DNA of 64,000 bases from Candidatus Latescibacterota bacterium. Its GTDB lineage: Bacteria; Latescibacterota; UBA2968. Position 1 is the stretch's first letter. Every line of letters starts with the position of its first letter. The stretch is taken from the NCBI GenBank assembly GCA_965198115.1, contig OZ240241.1, forward strand, positions 576,001 through 640,000. The letters are read 5' to 3'. Positions 1 to 9,689 of this stretch are shown in pieces. The translations under genes were made by a program, and so were the position numbers. The notes under the pieces were generated by a model that did not search any database, was not told the origin of the DNA, and saw only the letters and a program-made list of their open reading frames with translations.

Positions 1-998
1 CCGTTGCGGACGGCGAAAACTTCGTCGTGCAGGTTGGTCGTCATGCCCTGGTGAAGGGGAATGACGGATAGACGATCACCGACCGTGAAGACGTGATCGC
101 ATTCGGAGACGTCGATGTGGCCGTGTTCAACCGACATGCCGGTGATCTTTGCGTCTGGGTGTTCGACGATGTAGCCGTAGGGGGTTGGCGCGTAGCTTGT
201 GAACGTCTTCTGGCCGCCGTCGACGATGACCCGGTCCTCCGTAGGCGTGCTGACGACGGTGACGATCATCCGCTCAGCGCACGTCGTGGGATTGGGTGGA
301 TTGCGGTCACGGTTGATGCGACGCAGCCCTTCGAACACGTAAGAGCCAATCCGTGTTTCAGTGCATCCGATGGCCTTCGACACTTCGGCCGTTCCCGTGC
401 CCCCACCGCTGATCGTGTTGAGGGGGAGACCGGCTTCCGAAGCGAGTTGCTTGACACGGTCGAGGAAGGTTTTTGCCCGTTCGTTGCTGGGATAAGTCAT
501 GATGCCTTCGAAGTCGAGACCGCGTGAAGCGGCTATCAACCTGGCGAGTTCGATCGCCGCCTCCGGTGACTGAACGCCGCAGCGGTTGCCCCCCGTATCG
601 CACTCGACGATCACGCGAACGGTCACACCGTGGCGGTCGACGGCTTCCGCGAGCCCCTGGACGGTGACGTCGGAATCGGCAGCGACCGTCATTTTTGCAC
701 GGCCCGCGATGGCGCACAACCGGTCGAGCTTGGTCTTTCCGACGATGTTGTAAGGGATCAGGATGTCGTCCAGACCGGATTCGACCATGGCTTCGGCTTC
801 ACCCACCTTCTGGCAGACGATGCCGATCGCGCCGGCGGCGACCTGCATCTTCGCGATTTCTGGAATCTTGTGCGTCTTCGTGTGAACACGCAACAGGATG
901 TCGTGGGTGTGACACGCTTCCTGGGTATCGCGGATGTTCTTTTCGAGGATGTCGAGATCGATTGTGAGCGCGGGTGTATCGAGGTTGTCAATGGTCAT
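1..998 (-). CDS. D-threonine aldolase / DSD1 family PLP-dependent enzyme (runs off left edge)
   Basis: Manual translation from ATG at 998: MTIDNLDTPALTIDLDILEKNI...LRVHTKTHKIPEIAKMQVAAGAIGIVCQKVGEAEAM. DTP and HxKTHK motifs of fold-type III PLP enzymes. Not in the ORF track because it is open at the edge. Confidence 0.85.
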   Translation of the reverse strand, partial: MTIDNLDTPALTIDLDILEKNIRDTQEACHTHDILLRVHTKTHKIPEIAKMQVAAGAIGIVCQKVGEAEAMVESGLDDILIPYNIVGKTKLDRLCAIAGRAKMTVAADSDVTVQGLAEAVDRHGVTVRVIVECDTGGNRCGVQSPEAAIELARLIAASRGLDFEGIMTYPSNERAKTFLDRVKQLASEAGLPLNTISGGGTGTAEVSKAIGCTETRIGSYVFEGLRRINRDRNPPNPTTCAERMIVTVVSTPTEDRVIVDGGQKTFTSYAPTPYGYIVEHPDAKITGMSVEHGHIDVSECDHVFTVGDRLSVIPLHQGMTTNLHDEVFAVRN

Positions 999-1314
999 CG
1001 TATTTCTATCTGTCTTGCACTTCGCGCCGTTGTGGGCGGTCGGCTGTCGGCGGAAGAGACGGCTTCGCCCTAACGGTGGAAGTGAAAGGTGAGTTGGAGA
1101 AGGACGCGATGGCGACAATCTGCTGTCGGAACTGTTGCAATATAAATCGATGATCGTTTTCGCAAAGTATTCTGCGAAGCAACTAAGAATGCCAACATCG
1201 GCCGACTGCCGACTTACCCACCGCCCACAGTGTTTCCATCGGCTTTCTTGACACCCTGTGTGAGGACGTCTATGTTTCGGCTCGATCGAAGCACACTGTA
1301 ACGGGGAGACATCG

Positions 1315-2289
1315 ATGGCAATCAAGGTGGGGTTTGTCGGGGCCGGAGGGCGAGCGCGGGGACATATGAAGGCGCTGGCGGCGATCGAGGATGTGGAACT
1401 GGCCGCGATCTGTGACGTCAACGAGGGGACAGCGTCGGAAGCGACGGCCGATCACGGTGGAAAGGTCTACACGGACCACAAAGTGATGCTGGATACGGAA
1501 TCGCTCGACGCGATGTATGTCGTCGTGCCGACGTTCGCGCACTTCGACGCGGAGACGATGGCGGCGGAGCGGGGAATCCATCTTTTTTTGGAAAAGCCGG
1601 TTGCGCCGTCGATGGAGAAAGCAATCGAGATCAACGACACGATCAAGCAAGCGGGTGTTCTGTCGTCGGTCGGGTATCAGCTACGCTACTTCGGGGCCGT
1701 TCAGCAGGCGAAGCAGTTTCTGGCGGACAAGACGATCGGTATGGTCGTTTCCCATCGATGGGGCGGATTGCCCGGCACGCCGTGGTGGCGGATCATGGCC
1801 CAGTCGGGCGGGCAGCTGGTGGAACAAACGACGCATCAGGTCGACATGATCCGATACATCGCTGGCGAGATCGAGGAAGTTTCCGCCTATTACGCGCTGC
1901 GAACGCTGGGTGAGGTCGAGCATCTTGACATTCCCGATGTCTACGCCCTGTCGTTCAAGTTCGACAGCGGTGCCGTCGGTGTGCTCAGCTCGACGTGTGT
2001 GATGCGTGAGGGCGGAGGGTCGAGCGGCATCGAGTTTATTCTCGGGGACTCCCGTCTCGCACTGACGGGGGCCACGGCCGAGCTAATGCCCGAGGGCGCC
2101 GGATCCTTGCCCGCTGCTCCGGAGAACGAGGATATCGACGAGGTGTTCATCGGTGCGATCCGAAAAGGGGATGGATCGGGGATCCGCTCCGACTTCGAGG
2201 ATGGCGTGAGGTCGTTGGAGGTGACCCTCGCGGCTAACCGATCGGCCGAGACGGGCCAGCCTTCGCGTATGTCCTTCGGACGGGGATGA
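1315..2289 (+). CDS. Gfo/Idh/MocA family oxidoreductase
   Basis: GFVGAGG Rossmann motif, EKP motif, GGQLVEQTTHQVD; RBS ggggag. Confidence 0.92.
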   Translation: MAIKVGFVGAGGRARGHMKALAAIEDVELAAICDVNEGTASEATADHGGKVYTDHKVMLDTESLDAMYVVVPTFAHFDAETMAAERGIHLFLEKPVAPSMEKAIEINDTIKQAGVLSSVGYQLRYFGAVQQAKQFLADKTIGMVVSHRWGGLPGTPWWRIMAQSGGQLVEQTTHQVDMIRYIAGEIEEVSAYYALRTLGEVEHLDIPDVYALSFKFDSGAVGVLSSTCVMREGGGSSGIEFILGDSRLALTGATAELMPEGAGSLPAAPENEDIDEVFIGAIRKGDGSGIRSDFEDGVRSLEVTLAANRSAETGQPSRMSFGRG

Positions 2290-2299
2290 GTCGAGCGCT

Positions 2300-2971
2300 A
2301 TGACCCGTCGGCGAAAGGAACAGAAGAAACCCACGACGCTTTACGAGTTCGCGAAAACGATCTTGTCGGTCGTTCTGCTGGTCATCCTGATTCGATCGAC
2401 CCTCGTCCAGGCGTATCACATTCCCTCCGGGTCGATGGAGGACACGCTGCTCGAAGGTGACTACGTCTTGGGCGACAAGCTGACGTTCGGAACACAGATC
2501 CCGGATCGATTGCCGATCCTGAACCTGAAGCTGCCGTCGTTTCGTATGCCGGGATTCTGGGATCCCGAACCCGGCGACCTGGTGATTTTCGAGTTTCCGG
2601 AAGATTCGTCGAAGGATTTCATCAAACGCTGTGTTGCGGTGGGTGGGCAGACGATCGAGGTCCGGAATCAGCAGGTTTTCGTGAATGGCGAACCGTTCGA
2701 CGATCCTCCGGGGGTCAAATACCTGCAGCGGTCGAATCTTCCGCGTCGCTTTCGACGTGCCGCATTCGGGCCAAAGCGTGTTCCGGAAAGGCACATCTTC
2801 GTGATGGGGGATAACCGCGACAACAGCTACGATTCGCGTATCTGGGGTCCGGTTTCGCTCGAGAAGATCAAGGCGCATCCGCTCGTTATCTACTATTCGT
2901 GGGATCGGGACATTCCGATTTGGCAGATCTGGCGCAAGGTTCGGTGGTGGCGGTTGGGGCCTATATGGTGA
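2300..2971 (+). CDS. lepB: signal peptidase I
   Basis: N-terminal TM, IPSGSMEDTL (catalytic Ser), FIKRC (catalytic Lys), GDNRDNSYDSR box. Confidence 0.95.
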   Translation: MTRRRKEQKKPTTLYEFAKTILSVVLLVILIRSTLVQAYHIPSGSMEDTLLEGDYVLGDKLTFGTQIPDRLPILNLKLPSFRMPGFWDPEPGDLVIFEFPEDSSKDFIKRCVAVGGQTIEVRNQQVFVNGEPFDDPPGVKYLQRSNLPRRFRRAAFGPKRVPERHIFVMGDNRDNSYDSRIWGPVSLEKIKAHPLVIYYSWDRDIPIWQIWRKVRWWRLGPIW

Positions 2972-4045
2972 AAGACGCTGAACCGTCAATGACCCTCGAC
3001 AAGCTTTACCGGCGCCGAGTGGCGACGGGAGGGCGAGCTGTTCAGTCTGTGTTCACAGGGACACCGTCACACTGTGCGGAAGCCTGCCCCGAACGAACGT
3101 GAGGGGCAGTGTCGGTCGTCGCGGCATCGATAAGTGGCTTTTATACCATAGGGTTGGGTTGGGGACTAAGTAGTGCCTAGGAGGCGTCTGGGTTCAAGAT
3201 TGGTCCGTCGGATGCCGATAGGTGTGACGCCTTGCGATAATTCTCCGCCCGGCTTAAGCTATTCGCAGAATAGGCAGAATCGTTTCAATACGGTTAACAG
3301 TGGAGACCGTTCCCTAATGAGTTGAGGGTCACCTAAGATCTGGCGGCCATGCGACATAGTGCCATAGGAGTACTTACAAGGCGCAACTGCCAAAAGCGGT
3401 TGTCGGACCTACGCCTGATGTCCCTTTCTTTACGCGAACGCGTTTGGCACATTCCGGGGGATCGGGACGCGAAACGCTCTCGACCTCCGACGGGTCCACG
3501 ACCGGCAGCACCGCCAGGGAGACGGCCGATTTTCTACCCCGCTTCGCCATTTTCGGGAAGCACCTTCAAAGCCGCCTTGTAGACAGACGCAAGCTCTTGT
3601 TTTTGCACTGGTTTAAGTGTTTCCGACACCTGAAACCCCTCTTTCGTCGACAACGGCCGCGATGCGCCCTCCGGAACTAAAATTAGGACGGATTGCAAAA
3701 GAAACGGGACATGACCGGTGTCCAAAAGAGAGCTGACCGTTTCCACCCCCCCTACCCCCCTAGTGCGGGCCTCGGGCCAGCGATGCGCCCAGGGCCAACA
3801 CCGCGCACCCCCTATGCCCGCTGGGACCTGGCCTGGCCACGTCTTGAGCCTAATCGGTCGAAACGCGCTATTTTCGCGGTTCGAGAGCCTACTTCTCGCG
3901 CGTGTGGGAAAATGAAAAGGGCGCGGTCTACATCGGGACGCCCAGAGAGTTCATCCTCCCTTATCTCCGGTCGTCAGTTCTTGGTGCGTGAGAATGCGAA
4001 TAGCGTAATCTGGACGGGAATCTATCGTAAGCCATAACACGATAG

Positions 4046-5419
4046 GAGCTATAATCAAAAGGTGTGGAAAAAGAGAAAGGGCGACCCTACCCTTCCCGTG
4101 AGATAGTTGATTCACACAAAACCGGGTGAGAGGCCCGGTTGGGAAGGAGGATCGCCGTGAAGGAACATACGCATAGAGCCCCATTGAAGTCCATGCCGAC
4201 GTGGGAGACGGTTGACGATTGGATCCGTGAAGAGATCCAGGGCCGGTTCCAGTCCATTCTGGAGGAGGAGGCGACCGCGTTCTTGGGCCGGTCGTGGTAT
4301 GAGCGCCGAGCCGAGGTCGATAGCTCCACGGGCTACAGGAACGGCTACGGCAAGCCCCGGCGTCTCTCGACGAGCTGCGGAACGATCAAGGTCCGGCGTC
4401 CCCGGGTTCGTGGTCTGGAAGAGCGGTTTGAAAGCCGCATCCTCCTCCTGTTCGCCCGGAGAACCAGGGCCATTGGAGATCTGCTTCCCGACCTTTATCT
4501 CCACGGTCTCTCCCAGGGCGACTTCGAGTTGTCTTTGCGTGCGCTGCTCGGTGATGGCGCGCCGCTTTCGCCGACCTCGATCGCTCGTCTTCGAGGGAAG
4601 TGGGAGGTCGACTTCCAGGACTGGAAAGAAAGGCGTCTGGATAATCGCGAACTGGTCTACGCCTGGGCTGATGGCATCTACGTCAAAGCCGGGCTCGAGC
4701 GCGAGAAGGCGTGTCTGCTGGTCGTGATCGGCGCGATGAGCGACGGCAGCAAGGAGATCCTGGCGATAGAACCCGGTTATCGAGAGTCTACAGAATCCTG
4801 GCTCACGGTGCTCCGGGATCTCCGGGATCGCGGGCTCGAACATCCTGTCCTGATCGCCGCGGACGGGAATATGGGCATCTGGGCGGCCGTTGATCAGGTC
4901 TGGCCAGAGAGCCGGCAACAACGGTGCTGGAACCACAAGATCCTCAACGTGCTCGACAAGGTCGCCAAGCGTGCACAGGCTGAAGCCCGCGCACTGCTCG
5001 TCCAGATCCCCTATGCCGGCACGAAAAAGGAGGCCGAGAAGCTCCGGAAACGCTTTGCCGCACGGTATCGCTCACAGTTCCCTGCCGCCGTGGAGACGCT
5101 CGAAAGAGACTGGGATCGGATGGTCACGTTCTACGACTTCCCGAAGGAACACTGGAAACACCTGAGAACCACGAACGTCGTCGAGAGCCCCTTTGCTTCC
5201 GTTCGGCTTCGCACAAACGCCGCCAGGCGATTCAAGAAAGTCAGGAACGCCACGGCTCTCATCTGGCGTACGCTCAAGGTCGCAGAGAGCCGATTCAGGA
5301 AACTCACCGCGCCACACTTGCTACAACAAGTCTACGATCAGAAACACTCAACCGGACCGCAGGTCGAAACCGGGAAGATGGCCGCCTGATTTCTTTTACA
5401 CACCTATTGACCTGAGCTC
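4046..5419 (+). mobile_element. IS256 family element (type A), complete
   Basis: Imperfect IRs GAGCTATAATCAAAAGGTGTG / GAGCTCAGGTCAATAGGTGTG; 8-bp TSD CACGATAG at 4038-4045 and 5420-5427. Confidence 0.93.
4139..5389 (+). CDS. IS256 family transposase
   Basis: GYRNG, WADGIY, ADG, QRCWNHK, LRTTNVVES mutator-type motifs; true start may be GTG 4157 or ATG 4193. Confidence 0.93.
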   Translation: MGRRIAVKEHTHRAPLKSMPTWETVDDWIREEIQGRFQSILEEEATAFLGRSWYERRAEVDSSTGYRNGYGKPRRLSTSCGTIKVRRPRVRGLEERFESRILLLFARRTRAIGDLLPDLYLHGLSQGDFELSLRALLGDGAPLSPTSIARLRGKWEVDFQDWKERRLDNRELVYAWADGIYVKAGLEREKACLLVVIGAMSDGSKEILAIEPGYRESTESWLTVLRDLRDRGLEHPVLIAADGNMGIWAAVDQVWPESRQQRCWNHKILNVLDKVAKRAQAEARALLVQIPYAGTKKEAEKLRKRFAARYRSQFPAAVETLERDWDRMVTFYDFPKEHWKHLRTTNVVESPFASVRLRTNAARRFKKVRNATALIWRTLKVAESRFRKLTAPHLLQQVYDQKHSTGPQVETGKMAA

Positions 5420-5750
5420 CACGATAGGTAACATTGACCAAGCGGTATCACTTGCTTCGACGAGGCTCTCTCGGGCTCCGCGGCCCGGAGAGCCTTTTAT
5501 ACCAACCGCGGAAAGTGATGATAGCCCCACGGCATCGGCCGGATGGGGCTTTTTCTGTGGGGAAAACCAAGGAAACCACTGAGGACACGGAGGGGGGAGG
5601 CTGGAGGGTACGCTATGGCCCTATTCGGGGAGAGGATCGAGGTTCGGATAATTGAGGACCCGAGACAAGCCACGAAATACACAAGAAGCGCGGAAGGATT
5701 CACGATCGGTGCGATGCAGCCATGCCCCATTCAAAGGGACCACACCGCGT

Positions 5751-5794
5751 CCCCTCGTTACAACCCTGCCGGAAGGCAGGGTTGTAACGAGGGG
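5751..5794. repeat. perfect 20-bp inverted repeat (REP-like hairpin)
   Basis: CCCCTCGTTACAACCCTGCC-GGAA-GGCAGGGTTGTAACGAGGGG. Confidence 0.75.
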
Positions 5795-5858
5795 CGCCCT
5801 GGTTGTGTACGCACGGCGCACGGGCCTGGCGGGGAGGAGATGGAATAGGGCGACCTGA

Positions 5859-5964
5859 GGGTGTGTCCAGAGATTTGTGTAACTGGTGACACGATTACTT
5901 TAACGGGACACGATCTTCGAACATGATGGCGAACCGGTTGATGGCCCCATTCCAATCGTTCAGT
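5859..5964 (-). mobile_element. IS256 family (type C) right-end fragment, cut off by IS3
   Basis: Identical to 60464-60569. Confidence 0.85.
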
Positions 5965-7057
5965 TGACCTGCCCCCCTGGATTGTTCCCATTCCTAAAGT
6001 TAGGATATCGGAACATAGAAAGGGGGCCGAATGGCCAGGAAGCGATACACAGCGGAGCAGATCATCGGACATCTCCGTCAGGCAGAGATTCGTATATCGT
6101 AAGGCAAGACGGTCGGCGAGGTCTCGCGTGAGCTTGGCGTCAGCGAACAGACCTATTACCGGTGGCGCAAGGAATACGGCGGTATGGAGGTCGACCAGGT
6201 CCGCCGGCTGAAGGAGCTGGAGCAAGAGAACGGGCGTCTGAAACGTCTTGTGGCCGACCAGGCCCTGGATATCTCGATTCTCAAGGAGGTGTCCCGGGGA
6301 AACTTCTGAGCCCGACGCGGCGAAGGAAGGCGGTCGGGCACGTGCGTGAGGCCCTGGCTGTCTCGGAGCGTCGGGCGTGCCGTGTGCTGGGTCAGGTGCG
6401 CCGTACCCAGCGATACACGCTCAAGGTGGCGGACGGCGAGACCGTCCTGACCGCGAACATCGTCTCTCTGGCCAGCGAATATGGACGTTATGGCTACCGT
6501 CGAATCACGGCTCTTCTTAGGACCGATGGCTGGCGGGTGAACCACAAGCGGGTGGAGCGGATCTGGCGTCAGGAGGGGCTGAAGGTGCCCGCTAGGCAGC
6601 CGAAGCGGGGTCGACTTTGGCTCAACGACGGCTCCTGCATCAGACTCAGACCCGAGCATCGTAACCACGTCTGGGCCTACGACTTCGTGTTCGATCGCAC
6701 ACGTGAAGGGAGGCCGTTGAAGTTCCTGACAGTCGTGGATGAATACACGCGTGAGTGCCTGACCATCGAGGTCGCTCGCAAGCAAACATCACGGGACGTT
6801 CTGCGGACGTTGGCGAAGCTGATGCTGAGGTATGGTGTCCCGAAACACATCAGATCGGATAACGGGCCGGAGTTTGTAGCCAAAGCGGTTCGGGACTGGC
6901 TCTCGAGGTTGGAGGTCGGAACTTTGTTCATCGAGCCGGGCAGCCCGTGGGAGAACGGATACATCGAGAGCTTCAACGGGAAGCTCAGAGACGAGCTACT
7001 CAACGGTGAGATCTTCACGACCTTGGAGGAGGCTAGGGTGTTGACCAAGTGGTGGCG
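5965..7057 (+). mobile_element. IS3 family element, 3'-truncated
   Basis: Left IR TGACCTGCCCCCC; identity to the copy at 44471-45539 stops at 7057. Confidence 0.88.
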
Positions 7058-7118
7058 AAACAATGTCACCCCGGTACGCTTCTTGGCCGGGGTCCATTCT
7101 ACTTTGCCACAACTATAG
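6031..7118 (+). pseudogene. IS3 family transposase orfA/orfB, inactivated
   Basis: orfA MARKRYTAEQII has an in-frame TAA at 6100-6102; overlapping orfB carries rve motifs (WAYDF, SDNGPEF, ENGYIESFN) and is truncated after WWR. Confidence 0.85.
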
Positions 7119-7227
7119 AAACGATCCCTAGCTACCGAGACGACCACACCAACAATGAGTTTCGTGTGTCTTTGACCTGGTGTATCAATTGGGCCCATTG
7201 AGTTCCATCCTTTCTGATCCCGAGTTC

Positions 7228-8337
7228 ATGATCACTTCCCACACAGACGTCGTTGGAAGCTTGCTCCGCCCCGACAGATTGCTGGCGGCGCGTGAGGCGT
7301 TGGCAGCGGGGGAGATGGACGAGGCTTCCTTCAGGGAGGTGGAGGACTGGGCGGTGGATGTGGCGATTCGATTGCAGGAGGAGGCGGGGCTCGAGGTGGT
7401 GACGGATGGGGAGATGCGCCGGCTGTCGTTCCAGAGTCAGATGACGGAGGCAGTCGATGGGTTCGGGGAATACGATCTGGATGCGTTCCTGTGGGGAGAA
7501 TGGAAGGGTGACGAGGCGGTAGGGGATCGAGCGATCGACCGGCCCCCCTCGTTGGGTGTCGTGAGCAAGCTCAGACGCCGCCGGCACCTGTCTACGGATG
7601 AATTCGTTTATCTCAGAGACCGCACGGATCGTGTTGCGAAGGTGACGCTGCCGAGCGCGAGTCTATGGGCGAATTTCTGGTCGCCCGAGATCAGCACCGA
7701 CGTCTATCCGACGCTCGATTCATTCCTGGCGGACGTGACAGACATCCTGCGTGAAGAGGTCGATGCGCTCGTCGGATTGGGTGCGACCTACATTCAGATC
7801 GACGCGCCCCATTACACGATGATGATCGACCCGGAGACGCGGACCTTTTACGAATCGCAGGGATGGGATCTGGAGAGGTGGTTGTCAGCCGGGATCGAGA
7901 TGGACAACGCGGTGATGGCGGGACATCCTGATGTCACCTTCGGGTTTCATCTATGACGGGGGAATCAGGGCAGCCGGTGGCTGCTCGAAGGAGACTACGC
8001 GCCGATCGCACGGGAGATCTTTACGAAGATCCACGCCCAGCGTTTATTGCTCGAGTACGACGACGATCGGTCCGGATCGTTCGAGGTATTGTCCGCCGTT
8101 CCGGATGACAAGATGGTGGTGCTGGGCCTTGTATCGACCAAGCGACCTGCGCTCGAGTCGGCGGATGCGCTCGTAGAACGTGTTCGTGAAGCTTATAATT
8201 TTTTCCCTATCGATCACATGGCCATCAGCCCACAGTGTGGTTTTGCAACGTCCGTGGTCGGGAACGCCCTCTCCCACGAAGAACAGTGGAGGAAGCTTGC
8301 ACGCGTCGTCGAAGTGGCGGGTGAGCTCTGGGGATAA
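7228..8337 (+). CDS. cobalamin-independent methionine synthase II (MetE C-terminal-like) family protein with in-frame TGA, probable selenocysteine
   Basis: VVGSLLRP, TDGEMRR, YIQIDAP, HL[TGA 7954-7956]RGN, LLEYD, LGLVSTK, ISPQCGFA. ORFs 7180-7956 and 8047-8337 share one frame, with TGA the only stop between them. Confidence 0.85.
7968..7986 (+). promoter_or_regulatory. putative bacterial SECIS hairpin
   Basis: GGGCAGCC-GGT-GGCTGCTC: 8-bp stem with one G-U pair, starting 11 nt after the TGA, with a G-initiated apical loop. Confidence 0.7.
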
Positions 8338-8690
8338 TGAAAAACCTAAACAAGCCACTGAGAACACGGAGGGTGTGAGGACGGCCGAACTATGGTAGCC
8401 CTATTCGGGGCGACGCTCTGAGGTCGCGCGAACCACCTTCCGGCGGGGCAGGATCGAACGAAAAGGCACGACGGGCGGATCATGCGGAACACTATGTGTT
8501 GGGGAGCCCCGTAGGGGCGAACGATAATAGCCGGGGGCGTAAGCCCCCGGATCATGCGCAACGACTCATTACCCGGCGCCGCGATCAGGATCGACAGCCA
8601 GGATGGATATCCACCCGGCGCCACGTGGCCGATCGTAATGACGTAATCCATTTGCCTGCCGCTCATTTCGGCGCCTAGTGGCGAATCTCA

Positions 8691-9521
8691 ATGAGTGAGT
8701 ATTCGGAGAAGACGATGACTCAGGAACAGACTACGCATTTTGAGACGTTGGGGTTTCTTCAGTGCAAAGGGCTGTTCGCGGCGGATGAAATGCGGATCCT
8801 TGCGGATGCGTTCGACGCGGCCATGGTGCGTGCGCGGGATGGGGCACCGCCTCCTGCGGCGGGCGAGAAGCGGCAGCAGGTGGTTCCGTTCTTCGATTAC
8901 GATTCGGATGCTTTCTATCCGTTGCTCGATGACGATCGGATTATGGATGTGTTCGAGACGCTGATGGGCGATGATTTCATCTTCACCTTGAGCGAGGGCA
9001 TCATCCACACGGGCGGATCCCGATGGCATCACGATGCGCTCGCGCCTGAGGGGTTCTTCAGCATGCGGGCGGCACTCTACCTGGATTCGCTCGGACCGGA
9101 CGACGGATGCCTGAGCGTGATCCCGGGCAGCCATCACTCGGCGTTCGGGATGGCCATCAAGGAGACGATCGGGGAGCTCGGCATCAGCCCGGAAGAGATG
9201 CCGGGCAGGTATTCGCTCGTCAACGAGCCGGGTGACGTGATCTTCATGAATCACAAGGTCTACCACTCGGCGCTGAGCGAACACTACGGGCGTCGTGCCA
9301 TCCACATTAATTGCCTGCCCAATACGACGCCCGAACAGAATGAAGAGCACTTTGCGTGGTTGATGAAGTTTCTGACGGGTGAGACGAAGGGTTGGGGGCG
9401 TTTCTACAGCGATCGGTTGATCGAGACAGCGGGTCCGCGTCGTAAGAAGATGCTCTCAAGGGCGATCGAACTCGGGTTTGGGAGTACGGGACCGATTTCG
9501 CATCTGCAGGATCTGAAATAG
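8691..9521 (+). CDS. phytanoyl-CoA dioxygenase (PhyH) family protein
   Basis: FETLGFL, WHHD (HxD), GCLSVIPGSH, EPGDVIFMNHKVYHSA. Confidence 0.9.
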   Translation: MSEYSEKTMTQEQTTHFETLGFLQCKGLFAADEMRILADAFDAAMVRARDGAPPPAAGEKRQQVVPFFDYDSDAFYPLLDDDRIMDVFETLMGDDFIFTLSEGIIHTGGSRWHHDALAPEGFFSMRAALYLDSLGPDDGCLSVIPGSHHSAFGMAIKETIGELGISPEEMPGRYSLVNEPGDVIFMNHKVYHSALSEHYGRRAIHINCLPNTTPEQNEEHFAWLMKFLTGETKGWGRFYSDRLIETAGPRRKKMLSRAIELGFGSTGPISHLQDLK

Positions 9522-9545
9522 ACCTCTGTCACATAGGAATGTTGA

Positions 9546-9572
9546 AGCCCCGACTGACTGTCAGTCGGGGCT
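9546..9572. terminator. hairpin, probable terminator
   Basis: AGCCCCGACTGAC-T-GTCAGTCGGGGCT downstream of the PhyH gene. Confidence 0.6.
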
Positions 9573-9622
9573 ATTTGCTGTGATTCATCTCGGGCGTTCT
9601 TGCAGATCGGATCAGGAGAGGG

Positions 9623-9689
9623 CTATCTTTGTTGCGCGTGAGCAAGATCACTCTTTGCCTGTTCTATCCAGTCGGCGCTACGTTCCATC
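9623..9689 (-). pseudogene. HEPN-domain protein N-terminal remnant
   Basis: MERSADWIEQAKSDLAHA resembles HEPN N-termini; RBS ggag; stops after about 21 codons. Confidence 0.5.

Noticed and set aside
3100-3950. RNase P, tmRNA, SRP or riboswitch in the long intergenic region
   Set aside because: Only short chance matches such as CCCGGCTTA; the conserved cores are absent
6100-6102. In-frame stop in IS3 orfA as programmed readthrough
   Set aside because: TAA, most simply from CAA, in an already truncated element
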